Source of the DNA: Heterodontus francisci
Lineage: Eukaryota
Assembly: GCF_036365525.1 (NCBI RefSeq)
Contig: NC_090393.1
Coordinates: 54,514,488-54,578,487 of the forward strand
Direction of reading: 5' to 3'
DNA length: 64,000 nt
Below, one piece after another: positions 13,286 to 23,659 of the stretch. Every line of letters begins with the position of its first letter. Within the stretch, counting starts at the first letter, position 1. Under the pieces are notes generated by a model that worked only from the letters and a program-made list of their open reading frames with translations, did not search any database and was not told the origin of the DNA. The position numbers and the translations under genes are program-made.

Positions 13286-15292
13286 TACTTTTTCCATTCA
13301 TTAATTGAAATAGTCAGTAAATTAGGCATGATATCCTGACTAATTCCAGGCAGGCATCACTCCATGCCAGGAGCATGGGACTGCAGAGTCAGCTCCTAAC
13401 ATCCTTATTCCCAGAAGAATTAGGTGGTGGCCACTTTACATCATTCTCATTGGTCTTTAATATATGTTCCATCATAAGTGAAACTATGAAATGATCTGGA
13501 AGATATCAATAAACTATTAGGCTGTTGGCAGTGAAGCAATGCCATTGTCACTGACCTCAAAGAATGTGCAATCTTTGTGGCTTGGATTTCCCCTTTCCTG
13601 ACATTCATTTGAATCTGGCACCAAGTTTAGAGGATCTCCAGGTGTCCAGCTGCAGGGATGTCATCAAGCAGGTTAATCAGCCAATCACATTGAAGTATTG
13701 TCACAGACAGCGAACCAGGAAGTAAAAACTGCTGAAATTCCTTCACTTTTAATTTTAAATTTTACAAATAGCAAAAAAATGTTTGGGACATACACATGGA
13801 ATTATGGTAAAATCTAAAATATCATAAACAAACTTTTAAAAATATTATTTTAAAAATATGTGGAATTACTTATCATTATGGAGAAGTTTTACATTCAACA
13901 AAAATAAAATTACTCTTTCAGGACCAGTGAGGCTGTTTAGCAGTAATTATGAACTTAGTGAACATTAAAATTCCAGTTACACCTCTTTCAACAAGGGTTT
14001 CAAGGGTTTTACTTCAAGATAAGAACATAGGAGTGCAAACTTTCATCAATTCAATGATTTCCAATTGATTGCATTTTGGGGGGACCTCAACTGTTTACCC
14101 TTTGGAGACGCAAAGAATCACTGACAGCAACTTCTGAATTTCCACATTTAACTGCGCATGTGTGGACTCCAGAAGTTACTGTTTCAGAGGAGCAATGACA
14201 ATGAATCCTAACCAGGCCAATTGTCTTCTGTGCACTCGTATGACAGATAATGAAGTGTCTCCAATCTGCAGCAAGCCATAACCTTACTCCCCACTTAACT
14301 TTATGCACAGCATCTCATGTTATACAACTGATTGCTGAAACACCTGAACGTTAGGAATGCCATTCAGGATAGTAAGTAGAATGACAGGAACACAAAAGTG
14401 GCAAATAATTCGCACTGTAACGTTATACAGTCATTTAGAGGCTCTAATAATAAAAATAGAAAATGCTGGACACAGTCAGCAGGTCAGGCAGCATCTGTGC
14501 AGAGAGAGACAGTTAACATTCCAGGTGGAGGATATTAGAACTGAACAGTTTCTAAGTAAGTACAGAGCCAGGAAAGAAAGGGGGCAGGAAAACAACAAAT
14601 TATGGATGGGCAACAAATTCTAGCCTTGCCAGTGACACATCCCATGAAAGAATGACAAAATAGGTCTGTGATAAGGTGGAGCGCAGCTGTGATAAGCAAA
14701 GGCGTGAAAATGAAGCACTGTGTGTCTCCTGACTTACTGTGTATCCCTAGCATTTTCTGATTTTATTTTAGATTCCCAGTATCTGCAATATTTTGCTTTC
14801 GTTTCAACATAAGCGTTTTGTTGGAAACAGTTAAGGGCTGAAGGTTGCAGCTTTACTGCAAGCAGGGTGTCAGAAACTGAGCTTCGTTCTTCGCTTTAAA
14901 CTGCAGATGGGAGTAAAGCATTTGCTCTTCATTTCCACTTTGGGCCTTGGGCTCTGTTTTGCAGGTCTCCGCTGCTGAATCTTTCGCCTGTAATTGTAGG
15001 ATAGCTCATTAATTGTCCATATTTTGATATATAGAGAACTTAGCAAGCAGCTATCTACTTTTTAAATGATATCAGTCTGTACTATTTGCAATAAATTAGT
15101 CATGGGTGAGACTTCAAACAGACCATAATGTAGCGGCAAGTACATTTCACACGATGTTCATTCACTTTTGAAATATGCCTGTTAGCTCACTAAATAATAA
15201 CTTCATTATTTTTCATCGCCGGATCATAGTTGCTGCATTCATTTATAAGATCAATTGCGGGCTGAATTCTCTATTTGATTTGAAATCTACGT

Positions 15293-15451
15293 TTACTGTG
15301 TAAGCCATCGTGCCTTAGCTGTTGTATTGGGCGCCTTCCTTTCTATCAGTGGATCAGAATAAACGATCTCCAAATTTACATTCTGCGGAGTTTCCTTCAT
15401 TCTTGCAGGGGACAACGTCGCATATGTTATTCTATCCGATCTTGAAGTGTC
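15293..15451 (-). CDS. Exon 4 (terminal, ITIM-bearing cytoplasmic tail) of the IgSF receptor
   Basis: Acceptor ttggttcttcccag|, phase 0. Encodes DTSRSDRITYATLSPARMKETPQNVNLEIVYSDPLIERKAPNTTAKARWLTQ*. ITYATL fits the ITIM consensus (I/V/L/S-x-Y-x-x-L/V); IVYSDP lies 21 residues later. Confidence 0.8.
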   Translation of the reverse strand, partial: DTSRSDRITYATLSPARMKETPQNVNLEIVYSDPLIERKAPNTTAKARWLTQ

Positions 15452-15692
15452 CTGGGAAGAACCAATAGAACGCGTTAACTATTCGTGCTAGAAAGACCTA
15501 CTGGCGATCATAAGTGTCTTAGATATAGTCTGAAATTGTCTCTGTAAGATATTGTAATGTTAATTATTTTGCATCATTAAAATATAACATGAGTGTTGAA
15601 GATACAATAATTACAACATTAGAAAAGCCACCACAAGGAAGTTTGGTCTACACAGCACAAGGCAGTTATAATTAAAATATTTATTTTTATTC

Positions 15693-15961
15693 ATTTAGAG
15701 ATACAGCACTGAAACAGGCCCTTCGGCCCACCGAGTCTGTGCCGACCAACAACCACCCAATTATACTAACCCTGCAGTAATCCCATATTCCCTACCACCT
15801 ACCTACACTCGGGGAAATTTATCATGCCAATTTACCGATCACCTGCAAGTTTTTGTGGGAGGAAACCGGAGCACCCGGCGAAAACCCACGCGGTCAGAGG
15901 GAGTGCCCAGAATTGAACCCGGGTCCCTGGAGCTATGAGGCTGCTAACCACTGTACCACCC
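15693..15961 (-). mobile_element. V-SINE (HE1-like), internally deleted
   Basis: Same family as 12937-13285, with deletions. Confidence 0.8.
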
Positions 15962-16013
15962 AGAGTTTTCTCCTGATGGAGATGCACAACACCGCAGTGA
16001 TAAAGGCGTTTGA

Positions 16014-16089
16014 CAAAGAGCAGGGACTTGAACCCCTCCCCGACCCTCAGATTAAAAGTCTGATGCTCTACCGCCTGAGCTATCCAGGC
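16014..16089 (-). pseudogene. tRNA-Lys(UUU) pseudogene in intron 3 of the receptor gene
   Basis: Minus strand reads GCCTGGATAGCTCAGGCGGTAGAGCATCAGACTTTTAATCTGAGGGTC-GGGGAGGG-GTTCAAGTCCCTGCTC. This matches vertebrate tRNA-Lys-TTT but has an insertion before the T arm and a broken 3' acceptor strand. Confidence 0.85.
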
Positions 16090-17058
16090 TCAGCTGTTAT
16101 AATTGAATTCAACACAGGACTAACAATTGAGATATACATTGTACACTTCTGGCCTCAAGCCTCCCGCTTTCTCTCGCTGACTCAGCACTTAGTTTTTCTT
16201 ATTTTCTCTTTCTATTTTATCCATACTACCTCCTCTGAGGCTTCCTATCTTGTATCTTCTCAGTTGCCAATATTCCATTAACAAGCACAGGTCCCTGCCT
16301 ACACAGTCCACGTTTTGACATTGAGACACGCTGCAATGTCCGACCCGAACGCCCGAATGCGATTTCTCAGTGGTTTTCACTGAGAGTTCGGGCTGTGGAT
16401 CGGGACAAACTCTGCGGAAATTACTGGTGTAGAACTCCTTCACTCGTTCAATTTCCCTTCCTTATACAATCTTCACCCTTTTAAAGCCCAACATTGTCCG
16501 CATAACAACACGTTTCTTTACCCACCGACAGTGACCATCTGATCTAGCCAGCGAGTTTGTACCCCAGCACACGTATCAAACTTTAATCTATTCCCCATGA
16601 AGCACTCTGTAAAATTCTGACATTCCGAGAGATGCGATATAAATAAAAATAGAAACTGTAATCTTCCGTGTTGGGGTCGCCTACCACGATTTACTGTTTT
16701 ATCTCGTCTTCATAGAATCATAGTCTTGCAATTTATTTTTCTCATTTTTAGGTGCTCTTTCGCACCATGGTTCGTGATCCTTCACAATGTTTTCCCGTGA
16801 TAAATCTTAAAATCAAAGATTGCGGGATTTGATCCTAACATGATTCTGTTTTAATTAAATATGTCACGTTTGAAAGCAAAAACATGTTTGAAAAATACGA
16901 AAGAATGAAAGCAATGACCAGTGACTATTGTTAAATCTTAACAAAAACATTCATTACATAGTATGTTTTTCGCTTGTACATCAGACTAAAATCTAAATTA
17001 TGAACAGTGCAGGCATGGCATCATCGTGATAAACATAATCTTATTACAGGTACAGTAC

Positions 17059-17108
17059 CTCTGGGATGGTATCGGTAGTCGAAGCTCTGTATTCAACTAA
17101 TCGCTTCC
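17059..17108 (-). CDS. Exon 3 (membrane-proximal cytoplasmic) of the IgSF receptor
   Basis: Acceptor ttgttttgtcattccag| and weaker donor GAG|gtactg; 50 nt, phase 1-0. Encodes (R)KRLVEYRASTTDTIPE and supplies the phase change needed to join the TM exon to the ITIM exon. Confidence 0.65.
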
Positions 17109-17885
17109 CTGGAATGACAAAACAACCGAAAATTATTGCACGCGAAACTTTTACGTTATGCCGAATGTGTAACTGTAATTCAATTTATTCTCGGGCAAAA
17201 CAGAAGATTGTATTGTACCGGCCTGCAACGTGAGCATGTGCCAGCCTCAGTATTATCTTTTTGCAAAATTCTAAAGAATTATTGCTAACAGAATCTTTTA
17301 AACTGGAAATGCAAAAGCGTTTTATGTAGAATAGGAGTCAAAACATGGAGCAACACTACTTTGGGACCTGAATCACAGATCAGTTTTCCACAATTGTAAA
17401 CGCTACACTACTACGCAACAGTGAGTTGTGAACTGCAGCCTATGGGAGGACAGTTAAGCTGAATAACGCGAGAGTTGTCTTATAGTTGTATGAGAATCAA
17501 TAAGATTTGCAAGATGTGAAGGTTCAATGTTTTCAACAAACCGTTGTATAAGAAAGCTATTGAATAAGAAAGCTACTGAAGCTAATCTAGCTTTTATGCC
17601 AGCGGTATAAAACTGTAATGTATACACGCATGTGGAGAGAGGAGCTTATCTACTCCACACGTGTAACAAGATTAGAGATAACAGACCCCAGCACATCATA
17701 CACAGGACAACTATAGCAGCGTTTAATCACATAGTCTGTAACGCTCTCCACACTAAGAGACCTAACTCAGTCTAGCTGTACTACACGCTGCAATATTAGG
17801 CATAACTTGAGCATATGGGGAATTGAGAATACATATAGTTGCGAACCATTGGAGCAGATGGTCTAAGGACACCATATGGAATTCA

Positions 17886-18201
17886 ATGGCGCAGTGGTTA
17901 GCACCGCAGCCTCACAGCTCCAGGGACCCGGGTTCGATTCTGGGTACTGCCTGTGTGGAGTTTGCAAGTTCTCCCTGTGTCTGCGTGGGTTTCCTCCGGG
18001 TGCTCCGGTTTCCTCCCACATCTAAAAGACTTGCAGGTGATAGGTAAATTGGCTGTTGTAAATTGCCCCTAGTGTAGGTAGGTGGTAGGGAATATGGGAT
18101 TACTGTAGGGTTAGTATAAATGGGCGGTTGTTGGTCGGCACAGACTCGGTGGGCCGAAGGGCCTGTTTCATTGCTGTATCTCTAAATAAAAAATAAATAA
18201 A
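17886..18201 (+). mobile_element. V-SINE (HE1-like)
   Basis: TGGCGCAGTGGTTAGCACC...V-core...CTGTATCTCTAAATAAA tail. Confidence 0.9.
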
Positions 18202-18927
18202 TGTAATCGATATTCGAACAGAAAGCATGAAACATTTACACCACTAATCGTTCTTATTTTATCAGGCTGGTGAAAATCAAAGTGCCAGGTAAACACATGG
18301 GCGCGGGATACAAATGTCCCTTATGGGGAAAACAACACCGGATTTCCAAGGAGTGACCAGGCCTAGTTTTAAAACATATATCAAAATAACACAATTGTAA
18401 ACATGGTAAACGAGGAGATATGTCACAAAAGGGCATCCATACACAATCGTTAAAAAAGAAAAGTGCTTGAGTGTAATAAAACAGAGAAAGTGCTGGAAAT
18501 ACTCAGCAGGTCAGGCAGCATCTGTGGAGACAGAAGCAGAGTTAACCCTGAAACGTTAACTCTGTTCTCTCCACAGATACTACCGGCATTTCAGATTTCC
18601 AGCATCCGTAGTATTTTACTTTGATTTAGTGCTTGAGTTTGTTCATTTCAATTAAAGTGAAGCCAGTACTAGGTTACATCTAGAGCTGTTTTATAATCCG
18701 GCAGAACAAGCTGTTTTAAGCTTGTTACATCACTGTATAGAGTCCGTTCACTGAACCTTCACAACATACATTATTATACGTTGGACTGAGAGTTGAGAAA
18801 ACTTTGCTGATAATGCCCAGTCTCAGGGTATTACGTTTTGGAGAGCTCAACATAGCTTTATTTAGAAAAGGAACATTGGGTCAAAATCTAGGTCTTAAAC
18901 TGCGGACAGACGGGTATAATAAAATGT

Positions 18928-19145
18928 AATAAAAACAAGAAATGCTGGAACCACTCAGCAGGTCTGGCAGCATCTGTGGAAAGAGAAGCAGAGTTAACGT
19001 TTCGGGTCAGTGACCGATGAAGGGTCACTGACCCGAAACGTTAACTCTGCTACTCTTTCCACAGATGCTGCCAGACCTGCTGAGTGGCTCCAGCATTTCT
19101 TGTTTTTATTTCTGATTTCCAGCATCCGCAGTATTTTGCTTTTAT
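18928..19145. repeat. Fold-back (inverted) Penelope-like terminal repeat
   Basis: 88-bp arms (18928-19015 and 19023-19110, 2 mismatches), 7-nt loop, flanking 15-bp duplication TATAATAAAATGTAA. Related copies lie near 14445-14800, 18470-18630, 27795-27960, 53703-53800, 57070-57172, 58080-58180, 58697-58870 and 60785-61100. Confidence 0.75.
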
Positions 19146-19806
19146 TATAATAAAATGTAAGCAGGTTTGGACTGCGGTCCGAGCATTAGAAGTCACGAGT
19201 ACATTTTATACCGCAGAACAGCTGAACAGACTCCCAGAAAAAAGATAACAAAAACAATTAAAAAGGACACATGTCTGCTTAGGATAGAGGTGACTTGAGT
19301 GAGGATATTACTATTATGCTATAATACCCGATAGTTGATTCGCTTTTGTAAGCAAGGAAATGCCATCACTGGTTAAATAGTGGACATGACAATCGATTGA
19401 TAATTAAAGTCTGAGTAGATTACTTTTAGGTAAGAGTCCAGGGAGAATTTTTTTAAAAGAAAATATCTCAGCGTTGTAGAAAAGCTGGTCTTCATATGTT
19501 AGATTGATTTTTTCTTATAATTAATGTTACAAAAACTCTAGACCAATTGCAAACGTTCACATATTTTAGTTAACATATTTAAGTACATATATAACACATT
19601 ACGGCGCAGGTACAATGGGCCGAATGGCTTCTTTTATGCAGTATCTTTCTTTATGATTCTTATTACTTTATGAACAAGAACAGCAACAGAGTCTAAATTT
19701 GTCTTGTTTTTGATAAAATACATTATATTAATTTGAGAATATTTTATATTTATAGTGAAAGTAGGATAAATGCATTTAACATAGGTAATGAAAGTGTAAT
19801 ACTCAC

Positions 19807-19911
19807 TTTTCGCTTTCCAGCTGTACAGAGTTAAGAGTAAAATAACGAATATCACCAGTAGACACAGTAGCAGATAATGCCACGAATCTTTGCTTTTCGA
19901 GGGATCAGATG
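19807..19911 (-). CDS. Exon 2 (stalk + transmembrane) of the IgSF receptor
   Basis: Acceptor tttcctttaaag| and donor A|gtgagt; 105 nt, phase 1-1, in frame with the V exon. Encodes (A)SDPSKSKDSWHYLLLCLLVIFVILLLTLYSWKAK, a hydrophobic TM without charged residues followed by basic stop-transfer residues. Confidence 0.85.
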
Positions 19912-21437
19912 CTTTAAAGGAAATTTGTATATATTTAGTACGAATGAAAGTGCAAATCTCTGCCAAAATATACGTCCTTTACTATGATTTTAAGTGAAAA
20001 CAAGTAAAAGGTAAATGATTATTATTGCAGATCTCACTGTGAGATAACCCCGGGATGTAGATGTTTTTATGGGTTCCTTTCACTTTATAACCTTTAATTA
20101 AACGACTAAATCACCGATTAAACGCGGGACCTTGATATTCGGCAGAGGTTTTAGCCTGAATTCCCACTCTCGGCTATTTCAGGGAAAGTGTTATTTTAAA
20201 ATTAAAAGGTTAAAATATCTTCTGAAACAGCCAATAGACGAATTTCCAGAAAGTTGAATTCATCAGCTAATATCCCAGGACATGATTGGTCGATCGGTAT
20301 TTAAAATTCTGAGTTTGTTGCCGATTGTCGGCCTTCATTACACAGGGGTGGCAACTAATAATACTGTGCAGGATCTCGGTGATATAATTTAGTGGAAATG
20401 TGAATTCTGGCTGGTTTGCGGCACGACTTGCTTGTGCCGGTTGTGCAGCAACAATCAGAAAAGAAAGTCAAAAATGACCTTAGTAAAACCCAACATTCCA
20501 AGTGAAGTTCAGCAAAGTCCACAAAATTATGGATTAATTATATTTCTGCTTGTTTACAACCATGATCTGCACAGACATTCTCCTTCACCATAAGTAAAGG
20601 TATAAATCTGGAGAGCACGACATCCTCCTGACGTTGTCAGTCCAAGTCACAGATGTACTGCTGTGGATTAAACAGTATTCACCAACACAGTTACTCTCCA
20701 AGCATAAAATCAAGTCCATGCGTCGCAGTCTTGACATTCAAAATTCACATGAATCTAAAAGATGGTGAAAATCCTAGTTGCGAAGTAATATTGAGAAGAA
20801 CAAAGTAATTGTTGTAAAGACGCTCTCTTATTTATTTACAACTTTGGAAATATTGAGCATCAATGTAATAACGATCAGGAAAATAACGTTTAGATTAGGA
20901 TGCCGCTGTCACGCTTACCCGAATCTACATCCCCAACTGTGCCAATTCCTGAACCGATCCGAATTAAAATTGCATTCAGGTTATCCACAGTGATTCATTG
21001 AAACCAGATGCATCGATATTTTTGTACCAATTTTCTCTTCCTCCTCCCTCGAAGGTCTTGTTTGTTGCCGTTTGTAGCGTTCCATCGATACCCAGCGCCC
21101 ATCTTCACCTCTTCCAAGTGAACACTCTCAGCCAGCCTTGCTGTTTCGCCCAGTCCGCTCCCGCCCCATCCGCCCACACCCTCACACTTTGCACCAAGAA
21201 TCACGGACACTATATAATGACCAGAAGCAGCACTCCTGCTGATTGCCCCTTTCTAGCCGGTGGGCTTGGCAAATTGTGGCTTCTCATCTATAGAACCCGA
21301 CTGAGATCATGGAACTCAGTTTAACTGTTTTCATTTTCATATCACTAATAAACACTTTTTGGTCACGAATGCAATAGCTGACAGCTTGAATTACAATTAA
21401 TAGCGCCACACTTTGAAACTTAAATAATATAACCTAC

Positions 21438-21855
21438 CTGTCACTAGCAATCGGCTTCCATTCCCCTTCAAATCTTCAGTGCTTGGTGCACTCAAAATCA
21501 TCAATTCGCAAAAATATGTGCCGCTGTCTTCCTGCTGAAGGTGCGTTATTGTTAACTGGTTTATGTTCCGTTCATGGTCTTTTGTATTGACCAGTCGAAT
21601 TGACTGCTTGTTCTTGCAGCTGTCCATGTAATAAACATACGTCTGATTCTTCTGCTTTCTTGGTTGATGAAGCCAGTTGATTACAAAGTCGCGAGTTTTA
21701 TCAACAGAATAGGCACAGGTCAGGTTCGCTGTCCCTCCTTCAGACACAGTGAGAGATTCTGGGTTCTGTTCAACCCAAATCCCTTCGGCAACAGTCAGCA
21801 CCCACTCTGTGCAGGCTATAGACATCTGTATCAATATTAATGTAATGATGTCCAT
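21438..21855 (-). CDS. Exon 1 (putative leader + VJ-type IgSF V domain) of a single-V inhibitory receptor
   Basis: Encodes MDIITLILIQMSIACTEWVLTVAEG-IWVEQNPESLTVSEGGTANLTC...FVINW...LTITHLQQEDSGTYFC...GNGSRLLVT. It has the B-strand Cys, C-strand Trp, D-x-G-x-Y-x-C motif and J-like G-x-G-S-x-L-x-V G strand. It ends at a phase-1 donor (ACA G|gtaggt, intron from 21437). The start is uncertain because phase-1 acceptors inside the leader would also allow a separate upstream leader exon. Confidence 0.88.
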
Positions 21856-22055
21856 GTTAACGAGACAACACCGGGAAACATCCGTATTAAAGTTTGTAAG
21901 AGTCAACAGGTTGAGACATTCTATTACTGTTCATCACTCACACTGCTCGGCGCGGATGTGGGCTGGTGGAGTTTGCAGATACCAACACGCCGCTTGCAAG
22001 TTCCGCGTGGGATTCACAGCCCAATTCCCCCACAGCCCAATTCTGCGGCTCAGTA

Positions 22056-22373
22056 TTAGTTTAGTTTAGAGATACAGCACCGAGTCTGTGCCGACCATCA
22101 ACCACCCATTTATACTAATCCCATATTCCTACCACATCCCCACCTGTCCCTATATTTCCCTACCACCTACCTACACTAGGGGCAATTGCTAATGGCCAAT
22201 TTACCTAGCAACCTGCAAGTCTTTGGCATGTAGGAGGAAACCGGAGCACCCGGAGGAAACCCACGCAGACACAGGGAGAACTTGCAAACTCCGCACAGGC
22301 AGTACCCAGAATTGAACTCGGGTCTCTGGAGCTGTGAGGCTGCGGTGCGAACCACTGCGCCACTGTGCCGCCC
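22056..22373 (-). mobile_element. V-SINE (HE1-like), ~200 bp upstream of the receptor ATG
   Basis: Full head and V-core with a (CTAAA)n tail. Confidence 0.9.
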
Positions 22374-23659
22374 ATTCTGAGACAAGCTGTCGCCCACCAA
22401 AAGTAGCAACGTTCAACCCAGCGATTACCATTCCTGGCGATTTCAGTGCGGAAATAATAATTTAAGACTTTAAGACCTTCCTCGCTGTTATCCACATTTC
22501 GGCCTGGTTGGTGTCACATCACTGAAGGGTTCCAATTTGTCCAAACCTGCCTGCTCCGAAAAGTAGTGGAGAAAAATCGAAAAAACGTGTATATAAATTC
22601 AGTCCAATTAAAGTTGCAAATGTCCATAATTGTCGGCAAATATAAAATCAAATGCTGCGAGTAATGAAAACTGCAAAAGTCCACCTGATGCAATAGATGA
22701 ATAAATAAACATTGCCAAAAAGAAACTGGCGGCAGATAAGCCCAGAAAGGTGGTTTGAAACTTTCACTGCCATGACAGCACTTTTCTACTCTCGGTTCCT
22801 GTTCGTCACACAGGCAGCAATGCAGGGTTAATGTTGATCGCACGGGCACACAGAGCAGCTGGTACAAGAAGCCAACTTCGTGAATATGTTTGTCTTCACA
22901 AAAATTGTGAAAAAGTGACCTATAACTGATTTGGATTCTCCGCGTCCCTCGACTCCCTGACTAATTAAACGCACGATTCCTCTCTACGTAGGATCGCGGT
23001 GTAAACAATAATCCTCAATTTGTGAATTTTTTGCGGTTCTGACCGTAAATCATGCAGGGCACTGTCGTGTTGTGGCAGCAGAAGTGACATGAGGCTTTCG
23101 AATTGGTGCAAAGGAAATTTACCACCCTTTGCTCGTCTGGCCTACATATCGAGTCCAGCCCCATATCGATATGGTTTGCAATGAACTGCCCGCTCAAGTG
23201 GCCTCACAAACCACCCATTCTCTCTGGTCAATTAGGGTGGATAATAAATCCTGGCCTTGTCAGCAACACAACCGAGAATAAACACAAATATATTAAATTG
23301 AGACTTAGGGCAAAGGATTATTCTGTTAAAGGTTTTGTTTGAGTAACTTTTTACTAAAAGAGTTGTTCAACTTGGCCACTGTAGCGATCACGGAAACGAA
23401 GACCTAGTGCCCTAACGGTAATAACATTTTGGTTATAAACTTCACTCCTAGTTTTTTCAAAATATACGCTTTAATGATGGCAGGCTGAATCACTTTTTGG
23501 CTTTGAATGTTGTTAAGTTCGAGTCACTTTTTCACGAAAATTTCTTCCTGTGGATGTAAGGAATGGAAGCAACGGGAAGAAACACCTTCGATTTCAGGCA
23601 ACCAAATCGAGTGTCAAATCCTCCCAGGTCAGGTATAGCACCTCTAGTTTCAGAGTTTT

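Noticed and set aside
14907-14964. Plus-strand leader-like micro-ORF MGVKHLLFISTLGLGLCFAG
   Set aside because: The donor gtctcc is poor and no downstream plus-strand Ig exon was found.
21745-21783. CACAGTG + 23 bp + CCAAATCCC inside the receptor V exon
   Set aside because: The nonamer matches only 6/9 and the site lies in framework 1, not at a V/J boundary; this is expected by chance.
15293-21855. Naming the receptor PDCD1, CD28, CTLA4 or NCR3
   Set aside because: It lacks the TEYATI ITSM, MYPPPY and the charged TM residue; orthology needs phylogeny and synteny.
22685-22773. Upstream leader exon for the receptor
   Set aside because: The donor gtggac is weak; the longer ATG frame ends in phase 2, and the phase-1 option gives only 9 poorly hydrophobic residues.
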